Below, piece by piece: positions 11,764 to 21,904 of a stretch of 64,000 nucleotides of DNA. Where the stretch lies: the NCBI GenBank assembly GCA_900617105.1, contig UYFQ01000001.1, positions 3,038,001 through 3,102,000 of the forward strand, given 5' to 3'. The stretch's first letter is position 1. Each line of letters opens with the position of its first letter. A model generated the notes under the pieces. That model was given only the letters and a program-made list of their open reading frames with translations, did no database searches and was not told where the DNA came from. The stretch is from Hydrurus foetidus. Taxonomy: Eukaryota. A program made the position numbers and the translations under genes.

Positions 11764-13502
11764 ACGATATTCGCCGCACTATTTTGTGGGTTATTTTTGG
11801 TTTTTCCATGGTGCTGCTGTGGGACCAGTGGCAGATTGCAAACGGGCAAAAGCCAACTTTCTTCCCAACTCAAAACCAAACCGCCGCCGGAAAACCAGCC
11901 GCCGGAACGTCAGCAGCAGGATCAACCACCCCACAAACGCAAGGCGCAGCCGCGCCGTTGGCCGGCGCCTCACAGGTGCCCACGGCAACCGCAGCAAACA
12001 CCGGGGCAGTGCCTATCGGGGCGTCTGGCACCACGCAGCAAGCTGCTCGAGAAAAGCTGGTGGTCGCCACCGACGTGTTCACGTTGACGTTTGACACGGA
12101 GGGCGGAGCTTTGGTGAAGTCGTCTTTCAACAAATTTAAGGACTTGGCCGACAAAGCCAGCGGCTTTGTGTTGCTAGACGAAAGCGCGGGGCGGGTGTAT
12201 GTCGCCCAAACGGGCTTGATCGCTGCCGCCGGTGGCGCTGCCTTGCCGACCCACAAGACGCCTATGGCGGTGGTCGCTGGGCCAAGAACACTGGCAGACG
12301 GACAAAATGAATTGCAAATCAAGTTCGAGTCGCCCGATGTGGGCGGCGTCAAGCTGATCAAAACCTACCTACTTCGTCGCGGTGCTTACGACATCGCCGT
12401 GCGCCACGAGGTCATCAACACAGGCACGGCGCCAGTGTCTCCGCAGCTTTATCTCCAATTGGTGCGCGACGGTAACCCGCCGGTTGGCGAGTCGTCTTTT
12501 TATTCAACGTTTACCGGCCCAGCGATTTACACCGAAGCCAAGAAGTACCAAAAAATCGAGTTTAAAGACATCGAAAAAGGAAAAGTCGACGTCGAAAAGC
12601 AGGCCAGCAACGGCTATGTGGCGATGGTGCAGCACTACTTTGCGTCAGCCTGGCTGCTCGGCGATGGAATCAAGCGCGAGTTGTTTCAGCGCAAGGTCGA
12701 CAATAATCTGTACGCGGCCGGCATGATCACGTCAATCGAGTCGATCGCCCCAGGCGCTACCAAGTCGATAGAGTCCAAGCTGTTTGTTGGCCCGCAGGAG
12801 GAAAACATGCTCGAAAAGCTGGCGCCCGGGCTTGAGCTCGTCAAAGACTACGGCTGGTTAACCATTCTGGCCAAGCCGCTGTACTGGCTGCTCGACAAGC
12901 TGCACGGTTTTATTCAAAACTGGGGCTGGTCGATTGTTGCGTTGGTGCTTTTGCTCAAAATCGCGTTTTATTGGCTCAATGCCAAAGCCTACGCCAGCAT
13001 GGCCAAAATGAAAGCCATCAATCCCAAAATCATGGAAATGCGTGAACGCTTGAAAGACAAGCCGCAAGAAATGCAGCAACAGATGATGAAGATTTACAAG
13101 GACGAAAAAGTCAACCCTATGGGTGGCTGCTTTCCGATCATGGTGCAGATTCCGGTGTTTATTGCTTTGTACTGGGTATTGCTATCAAGTGTGGAAATGC
13201 GCGGGGCTCCTTGGGTGTTGTGGATTAAAGACCTGTCTGCACCAGACCCGTTTTTTATCTTGCCAGTCGTCATGACACTGACGACCATGTTGCAAACGGC
13301 GCTTAACCCTGCACCGCCTGATCCACTACAGGCCAAATTAATGTGGTTCATGCCACTGATTTTCAGTGTGATGTTCTTCTTTTTCCCGGCCGGCCTGGTG
13401 CTTTACTGGATAACCAATAACGTCTTGTCAATTGCACAGCAGTGGATGATCAACACCCGCATGGGCGTGCCGCCGCAGTTCAATTTGCCAAAGTTCAAGT
13501 AA
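11760..13502 (+). CDS. yidC: Membrane protein insertase YidC
   Basis: DYGWLTIL, NWGWSI, NPMGGCFP, PAGLVLYW. Confidence 0.98.
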   Translation: MNDIRRTILWVIFGFSMVLLWDQWQIANGQKPTFFPTQNQTAAGKPAAGTSAAGSTTPQTQGAAAPLAGASQVPTATAANTGAVPIGASGTTQQAAREKLVVATDVFTLTFDTEGGALVKSSFNKFKDLADKASGFVLLDESAGRVYVAQTGLIAAAGGAALPTHKTPMAVVAGPRTLADGQNELQIKFESPDVGGVKLIKTYLLRRGAYDIAVRHEVINTGTAPVSPQLYLQLVRDGNPPVGESSFYSTFTGPAIYTEAKKYQKIEFKDIEKGKVDVEKQASNGYVAMVQHYFASAWLLGDGIKRELFQRKVDNNLYAAGMITSIESIAPGATKSIESKLFVGPQEENMLEKLAPGLELVKDYGWLTILAKPLYWLLDKLHGFIQNWGWSIVALVLLLKIAFYWLNAKAYASMAKMKAINPKIMEMRERLKDKPQEMQQQMMKIYKDEKVNPMGGCFPIMVQIPVFIALYWVLLSSVEMRGAPWVLWIKDLSAPDPFFILPVVMTLTTMLQTALNPAPPDPLQAKLMWFMPLIFSVMFFFFPAGLVLYWITNNVLSIAQQWMINTRMGVPPQFNLPKFK

Positions 13503-13595
13503 CCCCCGAAGCGTTTTAAGCGCCCCAAGACAGGGGGCGACTACTGCGCACCGGTTGAGCCGGCGTTGCCTAAGGTCAGTTGACAATATCTCTTT

Positions 13596-15014
13596 ATGCT
13601 TGGCCGCCATCACGACCCCATTGTTGCTATTGCCACAGCACCCGGCCGCGGCGCTGTGGGCATGGTGCGCGTATCGGGCAAAAACTTGGCTCCGCTTGTT
13701 CAGGCGATCTGCGGCAAAGCGCTGCAGCCGCGCTTGGCAACTTACCTGCCGTTTCTGGACGCAGCGGGTGCCACGCTCGACAAGGGCTTGGCTATTTACT
13801 TTCCCGCGCCGCATTCTTTTACCGGGGAAGACGTACTAGAGTTGCAAGCCCACGGCGGCCCCGTGGTGTTGCAGCTGCTTTTAGCGCGCTGCGTGGCAGC
13901 CGCTGCCGAAGTTGATCTGCAAACGCAGCAGCCGCGTGCGGCGGGCCTGCGCCTTGCCCAACCCGGCGAGTTCACTGAGCGCGCATTTTTAAATAACAAG
14001 ATTGATCTTGCGCAGGCTGAAGCGATTGCCGACTTGATTGATGCAAGCTCAGAAGTGGCCGCACGGTCGGCGGCCCGGTCGATGTCTGGCGAGTTTTCAT
14101 CAAGGGTCAACGCGTTACTGGCGCAACTGATTCGCTTGCGCATGTTGGTCGAAGCGACTATGGATTTTCCTGAAGAAGACATTGATTTTTTGCAAAAAGC
14201 CGATGCACGGGGCCAGCTTGAACATTTACAACGTACGCTGGCAGAGATAAAGCACGCTGCCGGTCAGGGCGCCATTTTGCGCGAGGGCATCAAAGTAGTC
14301 ATTGCAGGGCAACCTAACGCCGGCAAAAGCTCTCTGCTCAATGCGCTTGCCGGTTTCGAGCTGGCCATCGTCACGCCGCAGGCTGGCACCACTCGAGATA
14401 AAGTCACCCAGCTGATTCAAATTGACGGCGTGCCGCTGCACGTGGTGGACACTGCCGGGCTTCGCGATGCGCAAGACGAAGTTGAAAAAATCGGCATTGA
14501 ACGTGCGTGGATTGAAATTGAAAGTGCCGACGCGGTTCTGTTTCTGCACGATCTCAGCCAGCAAAGTGCTATGAATTACATAGCTGCTGACGCGCGTATT
14601 TCAAGCGCCATAAACACAAAAGCAGCTAAAAATGTGCCCATTATTCATATTTGGAACAAGTCAGACACGCTACTGGCAAAAGACCTGCCAACCGTTGAGC
14701 CGGGCGCCTTAATCATGTCAACCAAAACCGGAGACGGTTTGGCCGCATTGCGGCAAGTGCTGCTGAAAACCGTTGGCTGGCAGTCAGCGCCTGAAGGGGT
14801 GTTCATGGCGCGAGAGCGCCATGTTGTGGCACTTGCCAATGTCGGCGAGCAGATGGCAATTGCCGCAGAACAAATGGCCGCGCAGCAACCGGCGCTAGAC
14901 CTGCTGGCTGAAGACTTGCGGCAGGCACAACGCCACTTGAGTGATATCACCGGCGCTTTCACGCCCGATGACTTGTTGGGCGAAATCTTCTCCAAGTTCT
15001 GCATTGGAAAGTGA
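13596..15014 (+). CDS. mnmE: tRNA U34 modification GTPase MnmE (TrmE)
   Basis: [24 protein letters not shown]-terminal FCIGK. Confidence 0.98.
   Translation: MLGRHHDPIVAIATAPGRGAVGMVRVSGKNLAPLVQAICGKALQPRLATYLPFLDAAGATLDKGLAIYFPAPHSFTGEDVLELQAHGGPVVLQLLLARCVAAAAEVDLQTQQPRAAGLRLAQPGEFTERAFLNNKIDLAQAEAIADLIDASSEVAARSAARSMSGEFSSRVNALLAQLIRLRMLVEATMDFPEEDIDFLQKADARGQLEHLQRTLAEIKHAAGQGAILREGIKVVIAGQPNAGKSSLLNALAGFELAIVTPQAGTTRDKVTQLIQIDGVPLHVVDTAGLRDAQDEVEKIGIERAWIEIESADAVLFLHDLSQQSAMNYIAADARISSAINTKAAKNVPIIHIWNKSDTLLAKDLPTVEPGALIMSTKTGDGLAALRQVLLKTVGWQSAPEGVFMARERHVVALANVGEQMAIAAEQMAAQQPALDLLAEDLRQAQRHLSDITGAFTPDDLLGEIFSKFCIGK
14568..14632 (-). repeat. Degenerate copy C of the 55-bp element inside mnmE
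   Basis: Reverse complement AAATACGCGCGTCAGCAGCTAT-GTAATTC-ATAGC, same spacing as the other copies. Confidence 0.65.
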
Positions 15015-15121
15015 TGCTGACGGTCTTAAGCGATCTAAAGACCGTGGAAGACTTATTCACAGCTGCCTCGGGTAAACCCTTGTTGCCGGGAATGTTGTAG
15101 CGCGGTTATCGTTAAAGTCTT

Positions 15122-15613
15122 ATGTCACAAATTCCCCTGTCTACTTTGCGTTTTGATCTTTCCGGGTTAGCGCAAACCATTGCAAGTTGCCAAGCGACTG
15201 ACGCCTTGCAATTCAAACTCGCTCAGCCGCAGCTCGATATTCTGGCTGGGTATTTGCGGCCAGAAGATATCAGCGCAAGCCAGGTACTGATGGCCCAGGG
15301 CACCACAGACCGAACCGTTTACTTCATAGAAACAGGTACCCTTAGCGTGCACTACGAAGACGAAAAGCAACGGGTTCGCATGGCGATGGTTGGGCCCGGC
15401 ACGGTTGTGGGTGAAGGCGCGTTTTTTGCGCACCAACCGCGCCGCGCTACCGTGCAGGCCGCGTCGGCGTGCAAGGTGTGGGCACTGTCGGCGCAGCGGT
15501 TCACAGAGCTGGCGCATCGGCACCCAGCAATAGCGCTTGAGTTAGTGCTGGCCATGGGCGGCGTGATGGCCAAGCGTTTGTACGCCCGAACCAAGCGGGT
15601 CGCAGTTACCTGA
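15122..15613 (+). CDS. Stand-alone cyclic nucleotide-binding domain protein (Crp/Fnr-like, no HTH)
   Basis: YFIETG, GPGTVVGEGAFF, PRRATVQA cNMP-binding motifs; 163 aa. Confidence 0.85.
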   Translation: MSQIPLSTLRFDLSGLAQTIASCQATDALQFKLAQPQLDILAGYLRPEDISASQVLMAQGTTDRTVYFIETGTLSVHYEDEKQRVRMAMVGPGTVVGEGAFFAHQPRRATVQAASACKVWALSAQRFTELAHRHPAIALELVLAMGGVMAKRLYARTKRVAVT

Positions 15614-15816
15614 GCGGCTCGCTCATCCGGCTTGCCAGCTGAGCGTCCAGTGTGAACTATTGCTCGATTTCACGAGCCGCGTGGGGGTACAAGGCCCCGG
15701 TGGGCAAGTTTTTATCAAGCAAATGGCGCGTCGTCTGTAGACTCATCCATTACTTGGTGGCAGGTAAGATTCTCATTGACGTCACAAGCCGCCCTCATTG
15801 ACCAAAGAACTTCATC

Positions 15817-16689
15817 ATGTCCTTTTTCAGCTGGTTTTCAACCAAACCGACCGCCCTAAAAAAAGCGGCTGCGAGTAGTGGCGCTGACCGAATCCTGGCC
15901 CCCGAGGCTGCGGCGTCAAAAGCGGTCACGCCCCCAGCCTTGATGCCCGCAAAACTTGCGGGTAGTCCAGCGGACATTGCCAACGCTACCGCGGTAGACG
16001 CGGACCGCAAAGTCAAACGCCAGGCACGGCGCGAGCAGCTGTATTCCGCTATTCGCGAGTCCATGACGCGAGCCGGCATGTTGTCGGCCAGCTATAGGTT
16101 CAAGGTGTTGTCGCTTGACCAAAAAGGAAACCAGTTTTTGGTCATGATGGACATGGCGCCTGAACTCAGCACCGGGCCAGAAAAGCTTACTCAAACTGAA
16201 GCATTGTTGATTCAAACTGCCAACATGGGCTACAACATCACAGTCACAGCGGTGTACTGGCGCACCGACACCAAGGCAGCGCCAAAAATAACCAGCCCCG
16301 CTCCCGTGGTGGCGCAAGCCCCGGCGGCCTACACGGCGCAAGACGCATTTGCCAAAACCCAAGCGAAAGCGCTGGTCACGGCTACTGCTGCCGTCCCGGG
16401 TGCTGTTGTCCGCTCTGCAGCCGCAACCCAACCCACCGCCAAACCAAGCCACGATCCTTTGCTTGAAGCGGAAGTTGCTGCGTTCAAGCGAGCGCTTGCC
16501 GTACCTGCCCTGACGCTGTCCAGCGCTGCGCTGCAAGCCGCGCACGACGCGGACAAGGCCGACAAGTCAGACAAAAGCCGCACGGGGCTACGCTCGTACA
16601 CGCTCATTACCGGGTTTGAAGACACTGAGATACCAGACTCGCCAGTGATGCCCGCACTCAGCAATACCCAGTACGGCGATTTGCGCTGA
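15817..16689 (+). CDS. Hypothetical protein
   Basis: 290 aa ORF with host-like codon usage; globular core (YRFKVLSLD...AVYWR) and Ala/Pro-rich linkers. Confidence 0.75.
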   Translation: MSFFSWFSTKPTALKKAAASSGADRILAPEAAASKAVTPPALMPAKLAGSPADIANATAVDADRKVKRQARREQLYSAIRESMTRAGMLSASYRFKVLSLDQKGNQFLVMMDMAPELSTGPEKLTQTEALLIQTANMGYNITVTAVYWRTDTKAAPKITSPAPVVAQAPAAYTAQDAFAKTQAKALVTATAAVPGAVVRSAAATQPTAKPSHDPLLEAEVAAFKRALAVPALTLSSAALQAAHDADKADKSDKSRTGLRSYTLITGFEDTEIPDSPVMPALSNTQYGDLR

Positions 16690-16780
16690 AAGACAGTGTG
16701 CGTGGCCCAGCGGGAAAGCTCCTGCGCATGCGCAGAACCGCAATGACCCCATTTTGGGCCTTAAATAGTACTCTAACACC

Positions 16781-16827
16781 GGCCTAGCCCAATGAATTTA
16801 GGCGCTAGCAGCTATAAATTAAATAGC
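16781..16827 (+). repeat. Dispersed 55-bp element, copy D
   Basis: TAGCCCAATGAATTTAGGCGCTAGCAGCTATAAATTAAATAGC between convergent genes. Confidence 0.85.
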
Positions 16828-16875
16828 AATTTTTGCGCAGCAAATTGCCCGCAGGTGCTCGCAATCGGGTTGCTG

Positions 16876-17463
16876 TCAGCTAAACGAGGTTCGCGCCAAC
16901 ACAACAGGGCCACCGCCGGAAGCGTTCGCCCGCAACACCAGTACTTCACCCATGGCTGGCACTTTACCGGTTAGTGCGCTGACATTGACTTGGTGAGTCA
17001 CCCACACTTCAAACTGAAGTGGCGCAATGCTTACTAGGCGCTCTCGCAAGGCGGCAGTTTGTGCAGTCGCGTCAGACTTTCCGTCAAACGTGGAGCCGAG
17101 GGCTGTCAGCACATTGAACGCGCCAAAAGCGGCGGCCGTGTCTTTGCATCGGCACCACGGGCTGGACCACACGCTGCTCGGCTTGAGTGCGCGGCTGCTG
17201 AACCAACGGCCAATTGCGGCGGCTTGCGCGCGGCCCTCATCGCTCAAATTGCGCTGGGTGCTGCACTGGCGTAGCTGAAAATTAGGCGGGTCGCCTACAC
17301 CGGGAACGGTTTGCGCGTGCCGCAACATCACTGCGCAGCCGCCTGTACGCAAAATCGCCTCAAGGGCTGGTGTTGTACTGGCGCCTGGCTGCGCCAGCGA
17401 AGCCGCCAACGACCCCGGCAAGCTGCCCGCAGCGGCAAGCCGCAACATGCCTCGCCGGTTCAT
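16876..17463 (-). CDS. Histidine phosphatase family protein with probable Tat signal
   Basis: MNRRGML N-terminus, RHA catalytic motif, QRNLSDEG, SSPWCRC, VTH. Confidence 0.85.
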   Translation of the reverse strand: MNRRGMLRLAAAGSLPGSLAASLAQPGASTTPALEAILRTGGCAVMLRHAQTVPGVGDPPNFQLRQCSTQRNLSDEGRAQAAAIGRWFSSRALKPSSVWSSPWCRCKDTAAAFGAFNVLTALGSTFDGKSDATAQTAALRERLVSIAPLQFEVWVTHQVNVSALTGKVPAMGEVLVLRANASGGGPVVLARTSFS

Positions 17464-17508
17464 GGCGAGCGCCAGCCTCGCAACAGGCGGCTAGCTTCTA
17501 AAAAGGGT

Positions 17509-19524
17509 TTAAGCGGTCTCATTGACACCTTTCGCGGAACGCCGCCGCAACAGTTTTTCTTCAGCCATGGCCAATGCTTCGGGCTTGCCAGACAGCACCA
17601 GCGTGTCGCCGCCCTCCAGCACCGCGTTGTTGTCAGGCTGCAGCGTTTGGCCGTTGGCTCTGCGCAGGCTGACCACCTGTGCACCCAGTGGTTCGAGCAA
17701 GGTGTTGCCCAGCGTCATACCAACAGACCGGCAAACCAGCGGCAGCGTGACCGTTGCCAAGCGCGCTTCGTCTTGCGCTTCAATGGTGTCGTCGTCTGCC
17801 CCGCGAAAGTAGCCGCGCAACAGGCTGTAGCGCTTGTCGCGCTGGTCTTGCACAACGCGAATCACGCGCCGCATCGGCACGCCGACCAGCGCCAGCGCGT
17901 GGCTGGCCAGCATCAGGCTGCCTTCAATGGCCTCGGGCACCACTTCGGTGGCGCCCGCCGCGCGCAGCTTTTCAAGGTCGTGGTCGTCAACGGTACGCAC
18001 AATCACCGGCACGTTGGGCGCGTGGGAGCGAACGCAGGCCAGAACCTTCAGCGCGCTGGCGGTGTCCAGGTAGGTCACCACTACCGCGCTGGCTCGGGCC
18101 AGCCCGGCGGCCATCAGCGATTGCAAACGCGAAGCGTCGCCAAACACCACCGAGTCGCCCGCGCTGGCCGCTTGGCGCACGCGGTCAGGGTCCAGGTCAA
18201 GCGCCATGTACGGGATCTGTTCCTGCTCCAGCATGTGGCCCAGGTTTTGGCCGCAGCGCCCGTAGCCGCACACTATCACGTGCTCTGCGGTATTGATGGC
18301 CTTGCGCGCAATGCTGGTCATTTGCAGCGACTGCTGCAGCCACTCGCTGGCCACCAGGCGCATCACAATTCGGTTGCTTTGCATGATGATGAAGGGCGTG
18401 GCCAGCATCGACAGCACCATGCTGGCCAAAATCGGGTTGAGCAAATTTGGCGGCACAAGGCCGTTTTGGTTGCTCAGCGTTAACAGCACAAAACCAAACT
18501 CACCGGCTTGCGCCAAATACAGCCCGGTGCGCAGCGACACACCTGCAGTTGCGCCCAGCGCGCGGGTTAAGCCAGAAACCAGCAGCAACTTGAACAACAC
18601 CGGCAGTGTGGCCAGCAGCAGCACCAACGGCCACTGCTGCAGCACAATTTGCCAGTTCAGCATCATGCCGATACTGATAAAAAACAAGCCCAGCAACACG
18701 TCGTGAAAAGGGCGTATATCGGTTTCAACCTGGTGTTTGAATTCGGTTTCTGAAATCAACATGCCCGCAATGAACGCGCCGAGGGCCAGGCTCAAGCCGG
18801 CCAGCTCGGTCAGCCAACTAAGAGCCAGCGTGACCAGCAGCAAATTTAAAACAAACAGCTCTTCACTTTTTCGGCGCGCCACCAGCGTCAGCCACCAGCG
18901 CATCACGCGCTGCCCACCGGTCAGCAGCACACCAACCAGCAGCGCAGCCTTCAAGCCCGCCAGTGCCAGCGCCGTAAAAAGCTGGTCAGGCGACGCGCCC
19001 AGCGCCGGTATCACCACCAGCAGCGGCACCACAGCCAGGTCTTGAAACAGCAACACGCCCATCACGCGCCGGCCGTGTTCTGTGTCCATCTCCAGCCGCT
19101 CGGCCAGCAGCTTGACCACAATGGCGGTGCTGCTCATGGCAATGGCGCCTGACAGCGCCAGCGCGGTTTGCCACGGCATGCCCCATAGCTTGGGCGCAGC
19201 AGCGGCCAGCAACAGCGAGCCGACTGTGGCCATCATCACAGTGAGTACCACTTGCAGCAGCCCCAGCCCAAAGACGTGGCGGCGCATGGTTCGCAGCTTG
19301 GGCAGGTTAAATTCCAGCCCAATCACAAACATCAAAAACACAACGCCAAATTCTCCCAGGTGGCGCACGCTGTCGGCGTTATTGGACAGTGCCAGCGCGT
19401 GCGGGCCAATCACCACGCCCACGGCCAGGTAGCCCAGCATGGGCGGCAATTTAAGCCATCTAAAAAGCGTCACGCCCAGCACTGCAGCAAGCAAATACAG
19501 CAGGGTCAGTTCAAGCGCGCTCAT
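17509..19524 (-). CDS. Monovalent cation:proton antiporter-2 (Kef-type) with TrkA-N/TrkA-C domains
   Basis: GVVFLMFVIGLE, SSTAIV, LLFQD, GYGRCG Rossmann/KTN domain; start MSALEL chosen. Confidence 0.9.
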   Translation of the reverse strand: MSALELTLLYLLAAVLGVTLFRWLKLPPMLGYLAVGVVIGPHALALSNNADSVRHLGEFGVVFLMFVIGLEFNLPKLRTMRRHVFGLGLLQVVLTVMMATVGSLLLAAAAPKLWGMPWQTALALSGAIAMSSTAIVVKLLAERLEMDTEHGRRVMGVLLFQDLAVVPLLVVIPALGASPDQLFTALALAGLKAALLVGVLLTGGQRVMRWWLTLVARRKSEELFVLNLLLVTLALSWLTELAGLSLALGAFIAGMLISETEFKHQVETDIRPFHDVLLGLFFISIGMMLNWQIVLQQWPLVLLLATLPVLFKLLLVSGLTRALGATAGVSLRTGLYLAQAGEFGFVLLTLSNQNGLVPPNLLNPILASMVLSMLATPFIIMQSNRIVMRLVASEWLQQSLQMTSIARKAINTAEHVIVCGYGRCGQNLGHMLEQEQIPYMALDLDPDRVRQAASAGDSVVFGDASRLQSLMAAGLARASAVVVTYLDTASALKVLACVRSHAPNVPVIVRTVDDHDLEKLRAAGATEVVPEAIEGSLMLASHALALVGVPMRRVIRVVQDQRDKRYSLLRGYFRGADDDTIEAQDEARLATVTLPLVCRSVGMTLGNTLLEPLGAQVVSLRRANGQTLQPDNNAVLEGGDTLVLSGKPEALAMAEEKLLRRRSAKGVNETA

Positions 19525-19593
19525 GCTGGCATGGTAATCGGGATTAATCCAAAACCAGCCCGGCGGCCGTGCTGCGCTCGATAGAATGCAGTG

Positions 19594-20586
19594 ATGAGTT
19601 TTGATGCCGCCACGTTCAACCCCAGCAAAGCCCAAGCGCTAGCGCGCCAGACATTTGAGATTGAAGCTGCCGCCGTGCTCGGCATGGCCAAGCGGGTCGG
19701 CCCCGAGTTCAGTCAAGCGGTGCAGGTGATCCTGGGTTGCCGCGCCCGCGTGGTGGTGATGGGCATGGGTAAAAGCGGCCACATTGGTCGCAAAATCGCC
19801 GCCACTTTAGCCTCAACCGGCACGCCCGCCATGTTTGTTCACCCGGCAGAAGCCAGTCATGGGGACTTGGGCATGGTGCAGGCCGGCGACGTGGTGCTGG
19901 CTATTTCTAACAGCGGTGAGGTGGGTGAGCTGACTACCTTGCTGCCCGCCATCAAACGCTTGAAAGTGACGCTGATCGCGATGACCGGCGGCCTGCAATC
20001 CACGCTCGCGGAGGCGGCCGATGTGGTGCTGGACAGCAGCGTGGAAAAAGAAGCCTGCCCACTCAGCCTGGCACCAACAGCCAGCACGACCGCGCAACTC
20101 GCGATGGGCGATGCACTGGCCGTGGCGCTGCTGGACGCGCGCGGTTTCAAGTCTGAAGATTTTGCGCGCTCGCACCCCGGCGGCGCGCTGGGCCGCAAGC
20201 TGCTCACCCACGTGAGCGACGTGATGCGCAGTGGCGCCGACGTACCGCAAGTTCCGCTAGCGGCCACCTTCAGCGAGTTAATGCGCGAGATGAGCAACAA
20301 AGGCTTGGGCGCGTCGGCCATCGTGGATGCGCAGCGCCACGTGCTGGGTATTTTTACTGACGGCGACTTGCGCCGCCTGGTTGAGCAAGGCATCGACCTG
20401 CGTCAAGTTACCGCTCAAGAAGTGATGCACGCCAACCCGCAAACTGTGCGGTCTGATGCACTGGCAGTTGACGCGGTTGCGCTGATGGAGCAGCACCGCA
20501 TCACCAGCGTGCTGGTGGTGGACGCGGCCGGTGCTTTGTGCGGCGCACTCAATACCAACGATTTGATGCGGGCAAAGGTCATTTAG
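19594..20586 (+). CDS. kdsD: Arabinose-5-phosphate isomerase (KpsF/GutQ)
   Basis: GMGKSGHIG, EASHGDLG, APTASTTA, HPGGALG, tandem CBS domains. Confidence 0.95.
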   Translation: MSFDAATFNPSKAQALARQTFEIEAAAVLGMAKRVGPEFSQAVQVILGCRARVVVMGMGKSGHIGRKIAATLASTGTPAMFVHPAEASHGDLGMVQAGDVVLAISNSGEVGELTTLLPAIKRLKVTLIAMTGGLQSTLAEAADVVLDSSVEKEACPLSLAPTASTTAQLAMGDALAVALLDARGFKSEDFARSHPGGALGRKLLTHVSDVMRSGADVPQVPLAATFSELMREMSNKGLGASAIVDAQRHVLGIFTDGDLRRLVEQGIDLRQVTAQEVMHANPQTVRSDALAVDAVALMEQHRITSVLVVDAAGALCGALNTNDLMRAKVI

Positions 20587-21137
20587 TGGCAGCGATTCTG
20601 CCTGCTCTTGTTTTGCCGCCTGAATTGCTGCTCAAAGCGCAAGGCATCAAAGTGGCGTTTTTCGACGTTGACGGCGTACTGACCGACGGCGGCTTGTACA
20701 TGTCAGAGCACGGCGAGACTCTTAAGCGGTTCAATACTTTAGACGGCCACGGCCTGAAACTGCTGCAAAAAGTCGGCATTGTGCCGGCGGTCATCACGGG
20801 CCGCGACAGCCCGGCGCTGCGCGCGCGGCTGGGTGCGCTCGGCATCACCCACGCGCACTACGGCACGGAAGACAAGCGCCCCGCTGCCGAAGCAACGCTG
20901 CGCACGTTGGGGCTTGACTGGGCACAAGCCGCTGCCATCGGCGACGACTGGCCTGATTTACCCGTCATGCGCCGCGCCGCGTTCAGCTGTGCGCCCAGCA
21001 CCGCGCATGCCGAGGCAAAAGCGGCGGCGCATTACGTTACTACCCTTGGCGGCGGGCAAGGCGCCGCACGCGAGTTTTGTGATGCCTTGCTGATGGCCAC
21101 CGGGCGTTACGCCGAGCTGCTTGGCGCGTACGACTGA
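20586..21137 (+). CDS. kdsC: KDO-8-phosphate phosphatase
   Basis: DVDGVLTDG HAD motif, GDDWPD, GGQGAARE; GTG start overlapping the kdsD stop. Confidence 0.93.
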   Translation: MAAILPALVLPPELLLKAQGIKVAFFDVDGVLTDGGLYMSEHGETLKRFNTLDGHGLKLLQKVGIVPAVITGRDSPALRARLGALGITHAHYGTEDKRPAAEATLRTLGLDWAQAAAIGDDWPDLPVMRRAAFSCAPSTAHAEAKAAAHYVTTLGGGQGAAREFCDALLMATGRYAELLGAYD

Positions 21138-21904
21138 TGGCTGAGGTGCGCGCGCGCGCCGTGCCGCTGTGGCGTCAGCTGTGGCAACAACTGTGGAGTT
21201 TGTGGGACCGCGCCTCCATTTATCTGCCGGTGGTGTTGATGGCGGGGTTGGCATTGGGCACGTATTGGCTGGTGCGCAACTCACCGCAATTGGCGTCACC
21301 GTCAGTACTCAAAGCGTCAAGGCACGACATTGATTACTTCATGCGCAAATTCACCGTGAAGTCGTTTAACGAAAAAGGGCAACTCGAAAGCGAGGTCAGC
21401 GGGGCCGAGGCGCGCCATTTCGCCGACACCGACACGCTGGAAATCGACCAGGCCCGCATCCACAGCCTCAGCGACAAAGGCCGCATCGTGATTTCTACCA
21501 GCAACCGCGCCTTGAGCAACAGCGACGCATCCGAGGTGCAGTTGTCTGGCAATGCGCGGGTGGTGCGTGAGGCCGCGGCTGGCACCGATGGGCAGGCCGT
21601 ACCCCGGCTGGAGTTCAAGGGCGAGTTTTTGCACGCTTTTGTCAACGAAGAGCGGGTCACGTCCCACCTGCCGGTTGTGCTGACGCGCGGCGGCGATCAA
21701 TTCACGGCCGACACGTTTTCATACAGCAGCCTGGACGGCATCGCCGATTTAAAAGGTCGGGTCAGAGCGCAACTGATGCCAGGTAACACGGCCAAGCCCG
21801 GCGTCGTCACTTCGCCCGTCATCGCTCCGGTCATTGGCCCAGTTACCGGCCCGGTTACCGGCCCGGTTACCGGCCCGGTTACCGGCCCTGGAAAGCCGCG
21901 ATGA
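21137..21904 (+). CDS. lptC: LPS export periplasmic protein LptC
   Basis: Single N-terminal TM helix, DYFM, beta-rich domain; follows kdsD-kdsC. Confidence 0.88.
   Translation: MAEVRARAVPLWRQLWQQLWSLWDRASIYLPVVLMAGLALGTYWLVRNSPQLASPSVLKASRHDIDYFMRKFTVKSFNEKGQLESEVSGAEARHFADTDTLEIDQARIHSLSDKGRIVISTSNRALSNSDASEVQLSGNARVVREAAAGTDGQAVPRLEFKGEFLHAFVNEERVTSHLPVVLTRGGDQFTADTFSYSSLDGIADLKGRVRAQLMPGNTAKPGVVTSPVIAPVIGPVTGPVTGPVTGPVTGPGKPR
21826..21889 (+). repeat. 12-bp tandem repeat (CCGGTTACCGGC)n at the lptC 3' end
   Basis: Encodes PVIG-PVTG-PVTG-PVTG-PVTG-PG. Confidence 0.9.

Noticed and set aside
17311..18483. 390-aa plus-strand ORF and many other long overlapping ORFs (e.g. 44067-44876, 45462-46295, 55140-55943, 42719-43351)
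   Set aside because: Antisense shadows of well-supported genes in GC-rich DNA; no recognisable motifs
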